Origin: Eledone cirrhosa
Taxonomy: Eukaryota
DNA: 64,000 nucleotides
Direction: 5' to 3'
NCBI GenBank assembly: GCA_964016885.1
Contig: OZ024742.1
Span: forward strand, 263,066,001-263,130,000
The notes below the pieces were generated by a model. That model saw only the letters and a list, made by a program, of their open reading frames with translations, made no database searches and was not told the origin of the DNA. A program made the position numbers and the translations under genes. Of this stretch, positions 1 through 13,054 are shown one piece after another (position 1 is the first letter of the stretch; the number at the start of each line of letters is the position of its first letter).

Positions 1-731
1 ATCATCATCATCAACGTTTAACGTCCGTGTTCCACGCTTGCATGGGTTTGGACGGGGGTAGTCCCACTTGAGGCAAGAGTGATTGTCTTGCTCGCATAGG
101 ACTGTCTGGCAGGTTTTCTACAGTTGGATGCCCTTCCTAACACCAACCACATTTACAGTGTGGGTCTGGGAGGTTTTTACCGTGTTGCCTACACTGCCAC
201 ATTACAGCGTGGACTGTGTGTTTTTTTTGTCATGACACCTACACGATCTCATTTGTTTCGGCCTGGATGGCGCGGCACCAACATAACTTTATATAGAACG
301 GGGTGGTGTGGATGGGGTGGGGGTGGGGGTGGTGGGACGGGGTGTATTTTGTTAGAGATGCCTACTGGCTGTAGTAGGTTTTACTATGTATTTAGGTAAT
401 GCGGGTCTTCTCTGTTACTGAGTACCGCCAAAGTTCTCGGTCCAGTGACATTGTCTTGGAGAGGTGTAAGTGTGTGAGGTCGGAGTTTATCAGCTCGTCC
501 CAGGTTTTTCTAGGTCTGCTTATTTTGTGGCTACCGTCTATCTTTATTGCCCTGCACTTTGTTATACAGCTATCGACTTTCATGCGCATCACGTGTCCAT
601 ACCAACGTAGCCTTCTCTCGAGTAAACAACATCTGATCCCTCTTATCTCTAATTTTTTCCTTAGTTCGTTTATGCTTTGCCGTTCACGTATATTACTGTT
701 ACACATCCAGCGGAGCATGCAAGCTTCGTTC
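1..731 (-). mobile_element. RTE-clade LINE, 3' fragment (RT C-terminal region, 3' UTR, (TGA)n tail)
   Basis: ORF 392-718(-) MLRWMC...RRLRWYGHVMRM...RPRKTW is the typical RTE C-terminus; window starts in the (ATC)n tail; near-identical to 59295-60135. Confidence 0.9.
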
Positions 732-1630
732 GTATATTTATATATATATGTAATATATATATATGATATATATATTACATATATATATATATGTATTATA
801 TATATATGTAATATATATATTTATATATGTAATATATATATTTATATATGTAATATATATATTTATATATATAATATATATATTTATATATGTATGTAAT
901 ATATATATTCATATATATATGTAATGCATATATTTCTATATATGTGTCTAATATATATATTTATGTAATATATTATATATATAGATACATATGTAATATA
1001 TATATTTATATATATATACATATATATTATATATATCGAATCATGCCTCACGTGGGAGAATTCCCGTCTAAACCCATGCTAGCATGGAAGATAGACGTTA
1101 AACGATGATGATGATGATGATGATTTATATATATATTTATATTTATATATATATTTATATTTAATATATATATTTATATATATATGTCTAATATATATTT
1201 ATATATATTTATGTAATATATATATATATTTATATATATATGTAATATATATATTTATATATATACATATATTTATATATATACATATTTATATATATAT
1301 ATAATATATATATTAATATATATATTTATATATATACATATATATATATAATATATATTTATATATATATAATATATATATTTATATATATATAATATAT
1401 ATATTTATATATATATTTATATATATATTTATATATATATTTATATATATATAATATATATATTAATATATATATTTATATATATACATATATATATATA
1501 TATAATATATATTTATATTCATACATAAATATATACATATATTTATATATATATCTAATATATATATTTATATATATATGTAATATATATATTTATATAT
1601 ATATTACATATATATATACATATATATGTA

Positions 1631-1658
<28 letters not shown>
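732..1658. repeat. Degenerate (TA)n microsatellite field
   Basis: Direct reading; interrupted by an RTE 3' end at about 1038-1123. Confidence 0.95.
1038..1123 (+). mobile_element. RTE LINE 3'-end remnant
   Basis: aaacccatgctagcatggaa...gacgttaaacgatgatgatg matches the ends of the RTE copies at 21360-21405 and 60080-60135. Confidence 0.8.
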
Positions 1659-1662
<4 letters not shown>

Positions 1663-1679
1663 CATTGAGGTTATTTAAC

Positions 1680-2315
1680 CAGAACATTTTCCCTAACGAA
1701 CAAAAAGCCTCAAATATTCAGAACATATTGGATAGTCACTGCAGTTCCCAGTAGGCATTCCTTTGTGTGTGTTCTAAAAAAGGGAGCTGGACTAATGTTC
1801 TTTAACCAGCCTTGGAAATTATGAGATATTACTTAGTGATCCTATAATGAAGGGGACAGCCTTGATCTGATGACAGTCCCCCAAATTCTTTACAGTTCCC
1901 ACTTTAGATCCTGGTATGGGTTAATTTTCTCCTTCTCTTTTTCTTGCACTCTTGTGTCAAAGGGACAAGCTACACCCATAATCCAGCAAGATCTTTTTTT
2001 GTGGTAAAAAACCACCAGGTCAGGCCTGCTGTGTTTTATTTCTTTGTCTGTTTGTATCCTGAAATCCCACAACACCTTCACCTGATCATTTTCTATCTCC
2101 AAGTCTGGCTTATGGTCATACCATTTCTCAGAATGAGGTAATTTGTTCAGTTTGCATAAATGCAAGTGGAGTACTTTTTTCTATGATATCATGCCTCCAT
2201 CCTTTATAGTGAGTCTGGGGGGCTAGGTGTTTACACTTGGATACAATGTAAGCAACAGTTTCCTCTCTCTCTCCCTCCACAGATCCTACATAGTGAGCTA
2301 GCCTCCTCCATGTCA
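1680..2315 (-). mobile_element. R4/Dong-like non-LTR retrotransposon fragment (zinc knuckle plus restriction-like endonuclease), frameshifted
   Basis: EETVAYIVSKC...RHD knuckle and KWYDHKPD...VLWDFRIQTD...RPDLVV...VACPFD...EKEKI..YQDL RLE motifs in ORFs 2128-2316 and 1890-2165. Confidence 0.85.
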
Positions 2316-2571
2316 ATCATCATTATTATTATAGCCACTACTACAATGATGCCATACCAGGAACATGCATTTATATATATATGAGGGGCTCATTCTACTG
2401 ACATGGCTTAAAACAGACTGTTTGCATAATTGCAAACGAATCGAATATTATAATTAATATTCGAAAAACTCAGATTACATTTGTTGTATATAAAGCAATG
2501 AAATAACAAAGCAAACGATACAGTGCAATGAAGAAATATATTATTTTTTCGCTTGATATAGTTGGGAAAGC

Positions 2572-2610
2572 CTATAAACGTTTCGGACGCTAGTCCTTCA
2601 TCAGAAAATA
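2572..2610 (-). ncRNA. Minimal hammerhead ribozyme motif (PLE type) in a degraded element
   Basis: Minus strand CTGATGA A GGAC TAGC GTCC GAAA CGTT; stem I weak; a degenerate relative lies at 46744-46780(+). Confidence 0.6.
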
Positions 2611-3267
2611 GAATGAGAAATTAAAGAAGAAATAGAAAGTGGAGGAGCGTGAGTGAGCAGAAACGAAAAATAATTTCTTTGAGAAAAAACAGGTCTATTC
2701 AAATCGCTATCTCTTGGAAAACTGTTGATTCTGGCGTTGGTGTATAATCAGTTGATACATTCACACACACACAAGACAGATGAAAAACATCAGCTATCGA
2801 CTCTGATGTCAACTTTCGACAGTAGAATGGCAGCCGACGTACACACTTCAGAAATTATATATAAAATGGCGGCATCAGGTCTTGAATTTATGACAGCATT
2901 TTCCAATGGGGTCCCTGCCGCTCCCTTGCTGGTTATTTTGAGTAATGAGTGAGGGTGGAGTCAGTGTACAAAATCATATTACAGAAGAGCGATTAGAAGC
3001 TTGTGGGAGGTAGTGGGGAAATTTGTATATCAATCAACATCGGTGAAGTAACGATAAGTGAAAACAACAAATTATGCTGATGAATTTGATTATGTTTTAA
3101 TAGATTTTGAAATTCTGTTTCGGCGTAAACATGACATCTTTCTCGGCATGGTGACATTAATCTTTTCAATCAAACGGGCTTTTGGCGTACCGGTGTTGGA
3201 AAATCTGTCCACCCTGACGTGAAGCTTTCTTTCATACCTTTTATTTCAACTAGATATTTATTTGAAT

Positions 3268-3394
3268 ATGAAAATAGCCAGGACCCCGACGGCTGAACTC
3301 CGGCCGTTTCGACAGCTACCCACTCTACTACCCTAAGTATTGAGTATTCTGGTGCGTTATGGTTCACCTGGTATCTTACTACACCCTCTTTGTT
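3268..3394 (+). mobile_element. Short PLE-derived family A element (half-HHR arm plus 3' tail)
   Basis: Homologous to 11697, 17040, 21682 and 25467 copies: gaccccgacggctga...ccgtttcgac and cccactctactaccctaagtattgagta. Confidence 0.7.
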
Positions 3395-4879
3395 ATTTAT
3401 TTAAATAGCTATGTATGAAAATATATTGTCGTCTGTTATTGGGTACGTACGGACAGCAAACAGCCTAACGTCGTTTAGATCTGTATTAGTTGGCAGGTCA
3501 TTTAATTATCTAACCCCCAATATTTGTTGGCCTATCCTTGTTGCCTAAAACCTGACATTTCGGTACCAATTTAGCTAAAAATAGATAAGTTCAGACTTCA
3601 GAAGAATAGATAACTCTTTCAGTCACCTGTCAGCAAACCACCACGTAACTCAAAATTTTGAATTTCCGGAAAAATCCAATATCGTATGAAAACCTGATTT
3701 TCTGCCAATAGCGACCATTTATCTGGACATCTTGTGGATGCTTGTTTTATCGAATGCCCACCTAAAAGTTTTTCATCTGCACACGGACGATAGCAACTAA
3801 GCAAAAAAAAATAAATAAATAAAATAATAATAATAATAAATAAATAAATAAATATCACTACAAACAGGGTAACTAAAATATTTAAATCGAGGTTTATCCC
3901 ATGCAATTTTCGAAGTCGCTTAAAGAGAATATCTTGATTTCCAACCTACTTAGATCGATGATCAATTTTACCGATCAACACTTTCTTGAGTAGCTCTCTT
4001 TTGTTTGTTCTTTAAACAAACATTTTCGATGCCATATTTTTAAAACATGATTAAAAATAGAAAAATCTTGCTCTTAATTGATTTCTTGTTTTTGTTAGAA
4101 AAGAAAATGACCGAAATTTTGACGAATAAAGGAAAAGACTAGCATATTTCCATTAACATCGTATTATTTGGTCATTTTGAAGTAAACTTTTGGCTGAAAA
4201 AAATAAATATTGCTCGACTTAATTTGCATTAACTAATTTTCACGCGGCAAAGAACAGAAAAAAAAAATTCAATACAACTCACAATTATTCGATTTTAATG
4301 AAATTTTTTTTTTTAAAGAACGAATATTTGTTTCGAAAAAAATTTTTTTTTTTCTTGTGTACAAGATTAGCTTCTATACCTCCCTAATTTATTTGATGAT
4401 TTGAGCTTACTTGTTATTACTGGACTGTAATAATCTTTAAGCATATTAAAGATCACTCAATACCGAAATACGTTCCGTTAACGTTTGTAAAAATATATTC
4501 ACGCTTTTTCTTTATCCTGCTATCCAGCGGGGAAAAGTTTTAGCGCAGTAAATAAAATGTTGACCAAGAATAGAAACTGAATGAAAGTGCAGCGCAGAGG
4601 TTTACTTATATCAAATGTGGGACCAAATGTTGCAAAACTTGACTACTATAAAATTGTTTACATTCATTTAAAATTAAATTACAACCTTTATTAAATAACA
4701 ATAAAATTGGGTTGGGGGTAAGCCCCCGAGTATTTTTTGAAGGGTGGGGTGCAAAAAAAGTTTGGAAAACATTGCTTTAATGAGTTCAATAATGTAGAAC
4801 TGAGCATTCTCATAACTAAATGAAACATGCTTTATGTTCCTTTTTTAATGCAAATGTTTTTATTATTTCACTGAAGTCA

Positions 4880-5092
4880 GGGCGGTGGATTGGCAGTCTC
4901 GGTAGAGTCGGACACCATGCTTTGCAGCATTGATTTACGACCCTTTACGGTCTGAGTTCAAATCCCGCTGAGATTAACTTTGCCTTTCATCCTTACGGGG
5001 TCGATAAAATAAAGCACCAGTAACGTACTGGGGTCGATTGAATCAACTTTCCCCTCCCCAAAATTGCTGGCCTTGTGCCTATATAAGAAACC
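4880..5092 (+). mobile_element. tRNA-derived SINE with 18-bp TSD
   Basis: B-box gagttcaaatccc; central gcctttcatcc..ggggtcgataaaata domain; TSD ATTATTTCACTGAAGTCA (4862-4879) and ATTATTTCACGGAAGTCA (5093-5110). Confidence 0.85.
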
Positions 5093-5199
5093 ATTATTTC
5101 ACGGAAGTCAATTTTCCCCGCGAAGTGGATTTCCTTCGACAGAGTGTGTTCTAGATGTTCGATCGACAGCTGGCTCATGAAATTAATGTGTAAGGAGCC

Positions 5200-5436
5200 G
5201 ATCATTTCACAGGCACGTCTACCCTTAAGGGAAATTCAGTGTTACATAGTGTGTGATAAGGCTGACCTTTTGAATTAGAAGTATAAGTCTATCCGACGGG
5301 CTTCCTAACAGTTTCTGTCTCTCCAGTTTCATCGATCCGAGGCTATGATGAATGACACTTGCCCATGAGGCCACGAAGTGGGATTGAACACGGTAAGTAA
5401 TGATTGCAAACCGAACTTCTTAAGTATTCGGCCATG
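5200..5436 (-). mobile_element. Degenerate tRNA-derived SINE
   Basis: Reverse B-box gggattgaac and gacacttgccc segment typical of SINE heads. Confidence 0.45.
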
Positions 5437-5525
5437 TTATGAACACGATTGTCCCCGTAAGTTCTCTCTTAATATTAAGGCCTGGTAGATAATTCAGTTT
5501 CTCTTGTCATCGTGCTCTTCAATAA

Positions 5526-7561
5526 TCTATATATATATATAAAACGGAAGATGTCTGTCTGTGTGTGTGTATGATTTTTATGCATTTCCACATTTCTCTA
5601 CTGATTTTGATGATTTTTTTCCAATGTGCTCCAAATTTACCAACAATGGTCAACGCGTAATAAACTTTGCCAAACATTTCCTGCTTCTATGAAAAAAAAA
5701 TCGATAAAACTAAATACGTGCTGTAACCCTCTCTCTTACACGCTTATTCACTCTGTCTACTGCCATCAACAATCTATGAAACTACATGTTGCAACTCTCT
5801 TTAAAAGGTTCATTCCTCCCTCTACTCCACTCTCAATCTCCTCTGCAACTCTCTTTAAAAGGTTCGTCACTCCCTCTACTCCCCCCCCTCAATCTCCTCT
5901 ACAACTCTCTTTAAAAGGTTACTGCCTCCGTCTACTACTCTATCCCTATTACAGTTTACAACAAAGCTCTCATTGACATCGAGGACAAAATCCTAATTGC
6001 CAGCGGAAATGACCTTCCATTCTATGGTCTGCCAAAAGTTCAGAGAACGGGCTCGGACGAACTTCCGACGAGCATAATTCAGGAAACTGCCTACGACGTC
6101 GACGCCCTCGAACTGTTCATCAACGAAAACGAGCCGAAATTGTTGCAGGACCAACGGCGGGCCGCCAAAGTGCGACAGAAAAAAGGAATCGCCCTGGCTG
6201 TGGCTTCTTCTGAGATTGCCGCAACTCTGCTGCCCGGAGGTAGGACAGCTCATTCCGCATTTAAACTACCATTCAACGCGACTTCAGACGACACAATAAC
6301 CTGCAACATCACCAAGGACTCTGACAAAGCGGAAGTCTTGAAAAGATGCCACCTAATTGTGTGGGACGAATGCACAATGGCCCATAAAGGGTCCCTTGAG
6401 GCGTTAGACAGGACCCTACGAGACATCAGGGAATGCAACCGGCCGATGGGAGGAGTACCTCTACTGCTGTCTGGCGATTTTCGACAAACTCTTCCAGTTG
6501 TTCCAAAAGCCACCAGGACTTGCATTAAGTCATCTCCCCTGTGGCAGGAAGTGACAATTCTGACCCTCACAACAAACATGAGAGCCCAACTTCTCGGCGA
6601 CCACTCATCAGCCGACTTCTCAAAGGACCTCTGAACAGTTGATGATGGCACTGCACTTTCAGATGCAGCTGGAGAAATGGCAGTCTCGCAAGTAGGCACC
6701 GTTGTCGACACTCTTGACGACCTCACAGCCTCTGTCTTTCCCGATATGGCCATCAACTACAAAAACACGAGTTGGCTGTGCGATAGAGCCATATTGGCTT
6801 CCAAAAATGTCTCCATGTCTCCGCAAAAATCAATGAGGACCTTCTGCAACGCATTCCTGGAAACCTCCGTACCTACAAATCTGTGGACAAAGATGAGGTT
6901 GACGATTTTCCCACAGAATTCCTCAATTCCTTGGACCCCTCTGGACTGCCACCTCATGAACTGCGCGTCAAATTTGGGACTCCAGTGTTGCTGTTGAGGA
7001 ACCTGGAACCACCACGTCTCTGCAACGGAACACGGTTAGTGGTAAGAAACCTCCTGCGGCATGTAATTGAAGACACAATTCTCACGGGCTGCGGCGCTGG
7101 AGAAAACGTCTTCATACCCAGAATACCATTAACTCCATCAGGTACGGAATGCCCCTCTACTCTGCGCCGACTTCAATTCCCCGTTAAACTTTGCTTCGCG
7201 CTGTCAATCAACAAGTCCCAAAGCCAAACGCTATCAACGGCAGGCCTCCATTTAGCCCAGCCGTGCTTCTCACACGGCCAATTACACGTCGTATGCTCAA
7301 GAGTGGGATGCAAGCAGAACTTATTCATACTTGCGCCCAAAGGCAGAACAAAAAATGTGGTCTACAGAGAGGTGTTGTGACTCCTCTATTCAGCACCACT
7401 GCAGTCTTGCCAGTCTGACATATGGTGATTAGATGCTATTGTTGTATATTTTCAAACTTACCCGTATTTACTTTCAATGCCTCAATAATCATAATTGAGT
7501 GGAATCATTAAAAGTATTTTAAAGCAATTAAACTCCGAGCAACGCCGGGCACTTCTGCTAG
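5526..7561 (+). mobile_element. Internally deleted Helitron
   Basis: A|TC start, 3' hairpin ccgagcaacgccggg followed by CTAG|T, no TSD, helicase remnant inside. Confidence 0.9.
5970..7380 (+). pseudogene. Helitron PIF1-like SF1 helicase, disrupted
   Basis: AVASSEIAATLLPGGRTAHS, LIVWDECTM, LLSGDFRQTLPVV, LCNGTRL, RLQFPVKLCFALSINKSQSQTL, FSHGQL; stops and frameshifts. Confidence 0.92.
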
Positions 7562-7579
7562 TCTCTTGATAAGCTTTAA

Positions 7580-8115
7580 TCCTTTCGATACCAACAAGCC
7601 CATGGTTCTACAATACAAAGCTGTATATTTTTAAGTGTTTAAATTCATCAAAAAACTTTCCATCATAATTGTACATAAGAACCTTTGTTAATATACATTC
7701 CAGCTTAATAATGAGAAAGTTAGTGATACAGTGGAATCTCGGTTCACGAACGCCTCTCTTCACGAACAAATCGGTTCGCGAACAATTTTTCCGAACCTAA
7801 AACGTTTCGGTTGACGAATTGTGTCTCAAGTAACGAACACGCAAGCCAACAACAACGGTTAGCGACAAGCTGGTGGGAGGGGATCGGCGGGAAAGCGTCA
7901 TTCGCTGTGTTACTATGGGGATATCTATCTGTCTTTCACATACAGTCTCTCTCAACATTTCGTATGGGGAAAATAGTTTCATTTTACGAACATTTCGGTT
8001 GACGAACGGCCTTCGGCAATGAATTAAGTTCGTAAACTGATATTACACTGTATTACTAATTACCTCTAAATTTTTTATTATTTTCAAAATGATTAGAAAT
8101 ATGGTAATGAAAGGG
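7580..8115. mobile_element. piggyBac-like MITE
   Basis: TTAA-(T)CCTTTCGATACC ... GGTAATGAAAGGG-TTAA imperfect TIRs with TTAA flanks. Confidence 0.55.
7729..8050. mobile_element. Tc1/pogo (Tigger-like) MITE nested in the previous element
   Basis: TA-CAGTGGAATCTCGGTTCACGAAC ... GTTCGTAAACTGATATTACACTG-TA. Confidence 0.75.
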
Positions 8116-8209
8116 TTAATTTATTGAGATATCAATGTATTTTTTGTTCTCTGAAACGATAAACAATGGATTAATTAACTACTTCACCTTGTCTTACTTT
8201 TCATTGTTC

Positions 8210-8277
<68 letters not shown>

Positions 8278-8345
8278 CATATACATCATTTAAATAAATA
8301 GTGCCTCTGGATTAGACGTTAATCTTTCACACAAACACATATATG

Positions 8346-8379
<34 letters not shown>

Positions 8380-9105
8380 CACAGTACGCAATAGTTTCAT
8401 AAAATCGCTGTGATTCTATGATGTTAATAAATGAGATAGATGAATAGCTTCTCTAGATTAGACGTTAATCTTTCATAAATTATTTTCATTATTATGATTG
8501 TAATGCGTGTAGGTATTTGGCGTGTATGTTTTACATGTTAGTGAGATTAGTGAATTGGAGGGTGCAAGTTTCGGTGGACTTTTTTTTCCGAGTGTGTATG
8601 TACAATATGGAGCTGGAAAATGTGGAAGCTTCCTTCGCGGGAGCTTACAGAACATATCATTGTTGAAATGTGAAAGCTTCCTTTACAGGAGTAATGCTTG
8701 CATAGCTTATCATTGTTGAAATATGAAAACATCTTCCTTCGCAGAAGTAATATATATATATATATATATCGGAAACCGGTTGATAACACGAATCCTCAGT
8801 TCGGTCTTGAAACACCAAAAACTTGCATACTTGCGCAAGTAGGATTGATGATTTTGGATTCATAGAAACCTATCGGAGAAACGACGATCTGCCTCCGAGA
8901 TGGTCCAGGTTTTTTTTTATTAACCTGTTGGTTTTTTCGTTGCTTCGGTGTCGTGGCCAGGCTTGCCTGCCACAGTTTTCAATTTGTCATGGCGTCTAAC
9001 GAATGTTATTACTCTGAGATTTCTCATGGAGTGCTTGGCTGCATAATTCGTGATTGTATCTCGTTGGCTTGGCTACAGCCGAAGCTTCGATTTTACTAAA
9101 TTTCC

Positions 9106-9163
<58 letters not shown>

Positions 9164-9170
9164 AGAGTCC

Positions 9171-9230
<60 letters not shown>

Positions 9231-9232
<2 letters not shown>

Positions 9233-9340
9233 GGGTTAAGTCGGGGGTAACCACAGTAAGTAAGGTACTCAATACATAGCAGAGTATAAATATTTAATAC
9301 AGAAATGGCTTCTACAGGAAGGAAATCATCAGGATTTCAA
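9231..9340 (-). mobile_element. PLE-derived short element, relative of 24629-24882 with internally deleted HHR
   Basis: gtaaccacagtaagtaaggtactcaatacatagcagagtata shared; ttctacagga...gaaatcatcagga retains only the HHR flanks. Confidence 0.65.
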
Positions 9341-9699
9341 TGCTATGATATCTTTTATCATCAGATTTTCAATGCTATGATATCTTTTATCTTTCTTCTG
9401 TAACATCTTTTTGCTTGATACCTTTTTGCACCTGAATTACCTTTATGAATAACTTTCTATATAATATGCTTGCTAGTTTCACTTTATGTAATAACTTCTT
9501 CACAGCTCCTAATACTTTGATATCTGTATAACATAATATCATTTTGTCACTCTTGCTTTTCAATATGATGTCACTGACACTGTCAATAATTATCTACCTA
9601 TATGAATGTTTCGAAGACTAGGATTATAATTACTTGTTTAAACATTGTGTATGCTCCGATGAATCCAGACTGTTGTCTGGAAGAAACGATCGTCAGCAA

Positions 9700-10544
9700 T
9701 TAAATGTATTAAAGCAAAAATTTGATTGTTTTATATTTTGTGTTAAAATTTTAAAGCAAAATAGAATTTATCATTGCACATCCTGTAATGGCTTTATATT
9801 TTGCATTTGTTGTTCAGGGACGGCGTGGCAGCCGCTTAAATATTCGAAAATACCACTTTTAGACTCACATTTCCATTTTTTTCGGCTCTAGCTTCCACAT
9901 TAATCAACCTACTTTGTTCAAATTTTACGTCTTAAAGTGGCTTTACATTTTGGATTTTTTGTTCAGAAACGGCGTGGCAGCCGCTTAAATATTCGAATAT
10001 ACCACCTTTTCGCTCAAATTTCCACCTTTTCGGCTCGAGCTCCCACATTTTTCAACCGATTTCGTTCAAATTCGAAACTTCGGCTCCACCTCACACATAA
10101 ATCAATTTATTTGGTTCAACTTTTATACTACGATAGAACCTATCATTGCATATCTTATAGTAACTTTAGACTTTGCATTTTTTGTTCAGGGACGGCGACC
10201 TATCATTAGCTCCCACATTTTTTAACCGATTTCGTTCAAATTTGAAACTTCGGCTCCACCTCACACATAAATCAATTTATTTGGTTCAACTTTTATACTA
10301 CGATAGAACCTATCATTGCACATCTTATAGTAGCCTTACGCTTTGCATTTTTTGTTCAGGGACGACGTGGCAGCCGTTTAACTCTTCAAAATACGATTTT
10401 TCCACCTCCCACATATTCCATACGATTTCACTCAACATTTCGCCATTTGCTACACCTTACGACTGATTTTCAAGAAACTCGCAGTCGCTAAGATCAACAC
10501 CTTTTCATCAAAGCAGATATTATTTTACCTACCCAGGCTGCTAG
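9700..10544 (+). mobile_element. Non-autonomous Helitron-like element with internal about 170-bp tandem duplication
   Basis: 10038-10208 repeated at 10209-10375; ends ...ggctgCTAG|T; 5' end uncertain. Confidence 0.5.
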
Positions 10545-10547
10545 TAT

Positions 10548-11056
10548 ATATATAAACAAGAGGTATAAGTCAACATTTAATAATTTACTTCTTTCATTAC
10601 CGTTATATATATTTCTGTGATAGCCACAATTCAACAGCTATGTCCTCTTCAGACAGTTAGAAGTAACACATATAAAACATAAAAAACATATGGTTTTTTT
10701 ATCTTGTAGGAAAGATAATATCAGAGAAAAGTAAATTTTTAACGATTTTTACTTTCTGATATTGTCAGAAAGTAAAAGTAACCGTTAAAAATTTACTTTT
10801 CTCTGATATTATCTTTCTTCCAAGAAAAAAACTTTGTTTTTATGTGTTACTTCTAGCTATCTGAAGAGGTAATAGCTGTTGAATTGTGGCTATCACCGAA
10901 ATATATATAACGGTAATGAAAGAAGTAAATTATGAAATGTTGACTTATACCTCTTGTTTATAAATTTACTTCGGAGTTAACAGACCCTCTTGTTAACTTT
11001 GTTGAGTATTCTACCCTGCATACTGAAGTATTGGTGTTGAACTAATACATAATCTG
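10548..11056 (+). mobile_element. Fold-back PLE-derived element: about 210-bp inverted arms with HHRs plus unpaired 3' tail
   Basis: Arms about 10548-10760 and 10765-10963; HHR CTGAAGA GGTAATAGC..GCTATCACC GAAA TATATATA ACGGT at 10855-10916(+) and 10598-10658(-); HHR and tail resemble the Penelope at 38759-38945. Confidence 0.8.
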
Positions 11057-11658
11057 ATATATATATATATAGGAGGGATAGGAGATTAGTTGTGAGAATA
11101 CTATGCCAGTAGTGATGGGGACAGTGTGCTCAATGCATATTAGATGCAAGACAAGCGAACAATGTAAGTAAGCAAGAGAAATAATGTTAAGCAAAAATTG
11201 TATAAGCAGAGCATTAATATAGAAATTAAATGTTAGAGAAAACAATAGCAAATTCTTTAACAAATATATTTAATGGCTTACTATTGTTTCAAAAATCATA
11301 TCAGCATTCAGCACATACAGATGAGAATTATCGATTATATAATCGATAAGAGCAAATGATAATAAAATGCAAACAATGATATGATCTCATCTTTAGAGCC
11401 GAAAATAAAATAAATATAAAATTCAAAAATACATATCACTCAAGATAGGGACTACAATAAATGTAAAAGGTAAAGCATACCAGTCAATATATGAAGGAAT
11501 TAGAATACATTTTAAATTCGAAGAAGTTAACCGTTTAAAAAGATGGTGGAGGTATGAAACACACCAGGATTTTTTCATTCTGATGATTGAGAACACATTT
11601 TGTTTGCTTTCAAGAAACCACTGGTAAATGAAATATTTACCTTATGTTGTTTATTACA

Positions 11659-11696
<38 letters not shown>

Positions 11697-11701
<5 letters not shown>

Positions 11702-11865
11702 CGAAGAAAGTGTGGTAAGGTACCAGGTGGACCAGAACGCACCAGAGTAATCGATACTTAGGGTAGTAGAGTGGGTAATAGGAAAAGAGTCAATACTACT
11801 GGTTCAGTTCGGATCTAGCTGTCGAAACGGCCGGAGCTCAGACGTCGGGGTCCTGACTCTTTTCC

Positions 11866-11866
<1 letters not shown>
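11697..11866 (-). mobile_element. Family A PLE-derived element
   Basis: Tail plus inverted arm with gtcGAAACGGC...CGTCggggtc; flanked by TA repeats. Confidence 0.7.
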
Positions 11867-11901
<35 letters not shown>

Positions 11902-12361
11902 AACAAACAAACAAACAAACAAGCATGCATGCATGCATTTCGCATGGTGATCGATCGTTGAATTCTTTCCAGATATAGACAGGTATTTTGTATTATATAC
12001 TACATTGCAACTACATATATTTATTTCGATTTGTATAATTGACGAATTCTTGTGATGATTGATTCGCGTCTTCCATAACTTAACCAAAATCGATAGTTGG
12101 TGATCGATGATCGATTGCTTAGATCGAATGTAAATTCTGGTCCCTCGAACCATGAAATAGCGCTATAAGGAATTATAATTTTTTCCTTGATATATTTGTA
12201 CTTTGTTTATATACAAGATACTGTGTATTCTTATAAGATATATGGTACTTTAAATATATATATATATATATATAATGGAAAATTTGAACAGGAACAAAAC
12301 AGAGAGGCAGTACAACGAATGTTTATTAATTTCACGCTCTGGAGAGTGGGGTGGTGGTGGG

Positions 12362-12398
12362 GAACGACGTTTCGGGCATAAGCCCTTCTTCAGGTGAA
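12362..12398 (-). ncRNA. Minimal hammerhead motif
   Basis: CTGAAGA A GGGC TTAT GCCC GAAA CGTC on the minus strand; AATAAA downstream; stem I weak. Confidence 0.6.
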
Positions 12399-12667
12399 AA
12401 GTGTGTGGGAAGAGAGTTCAAAGGGTGTGTAGGGGAGTGGTGGAGAGACATATAGCGAAAAGGGGGTGGGAGGAAACGGTGCGAATGAAATTAAAAATAA
12501 AAGCATGATCAAAATAAAATATATATATATATATATACATATATCTATTAATTTGGATTATTGTTGCTCTGGACAAATGTCCATGGAGCTTTTTGTATTG
12601 AGAAGCACAAATATCAGACATGATTGATATGTTTTAATACATAAAATTTTAATATATATATATATAA

Positions 12668-12858
<191 letters not shown>

Positions 12859-13011
12859 ATAAATGCTCTGAAATAGCGATATATATGTGAATATAGACAT
12901 AGAATATTCGAAAATATTCTGTATGTTTATAATAAACATTTTGAAGACCTAATCGCTATAGAATAGAATACGTCACGTATTACAATTAGATTCTCGATAA
13001 AAGCAAGGGAA

Positions 13012-13054
13012 GTAATCTACGCGTTTCATTCTTGTTAGAATTCATCAGGACTAC
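13012..13054 (-). ncRNA. Type I hammerhead ribozyme (also 13322, 13632, 13942, 14252, 14562)
   Basis: Reverse complement of the 15008-15050 motif in each left-arm unit. Confidence 0.9.

Noticed and set aside
4880-4980. tRNA gene
   Set aside because: tRNA-like head of a SINE with TSD; no complete cloverleaf
5970-7380. Host PIF1 gene
   Set aside because: Intronless, disrupted and bounded by Helitron termini
8775-8880. Two TTGATRA...GAAA candidate hammerheads
   Set aside because: Stems I and III are not convincing
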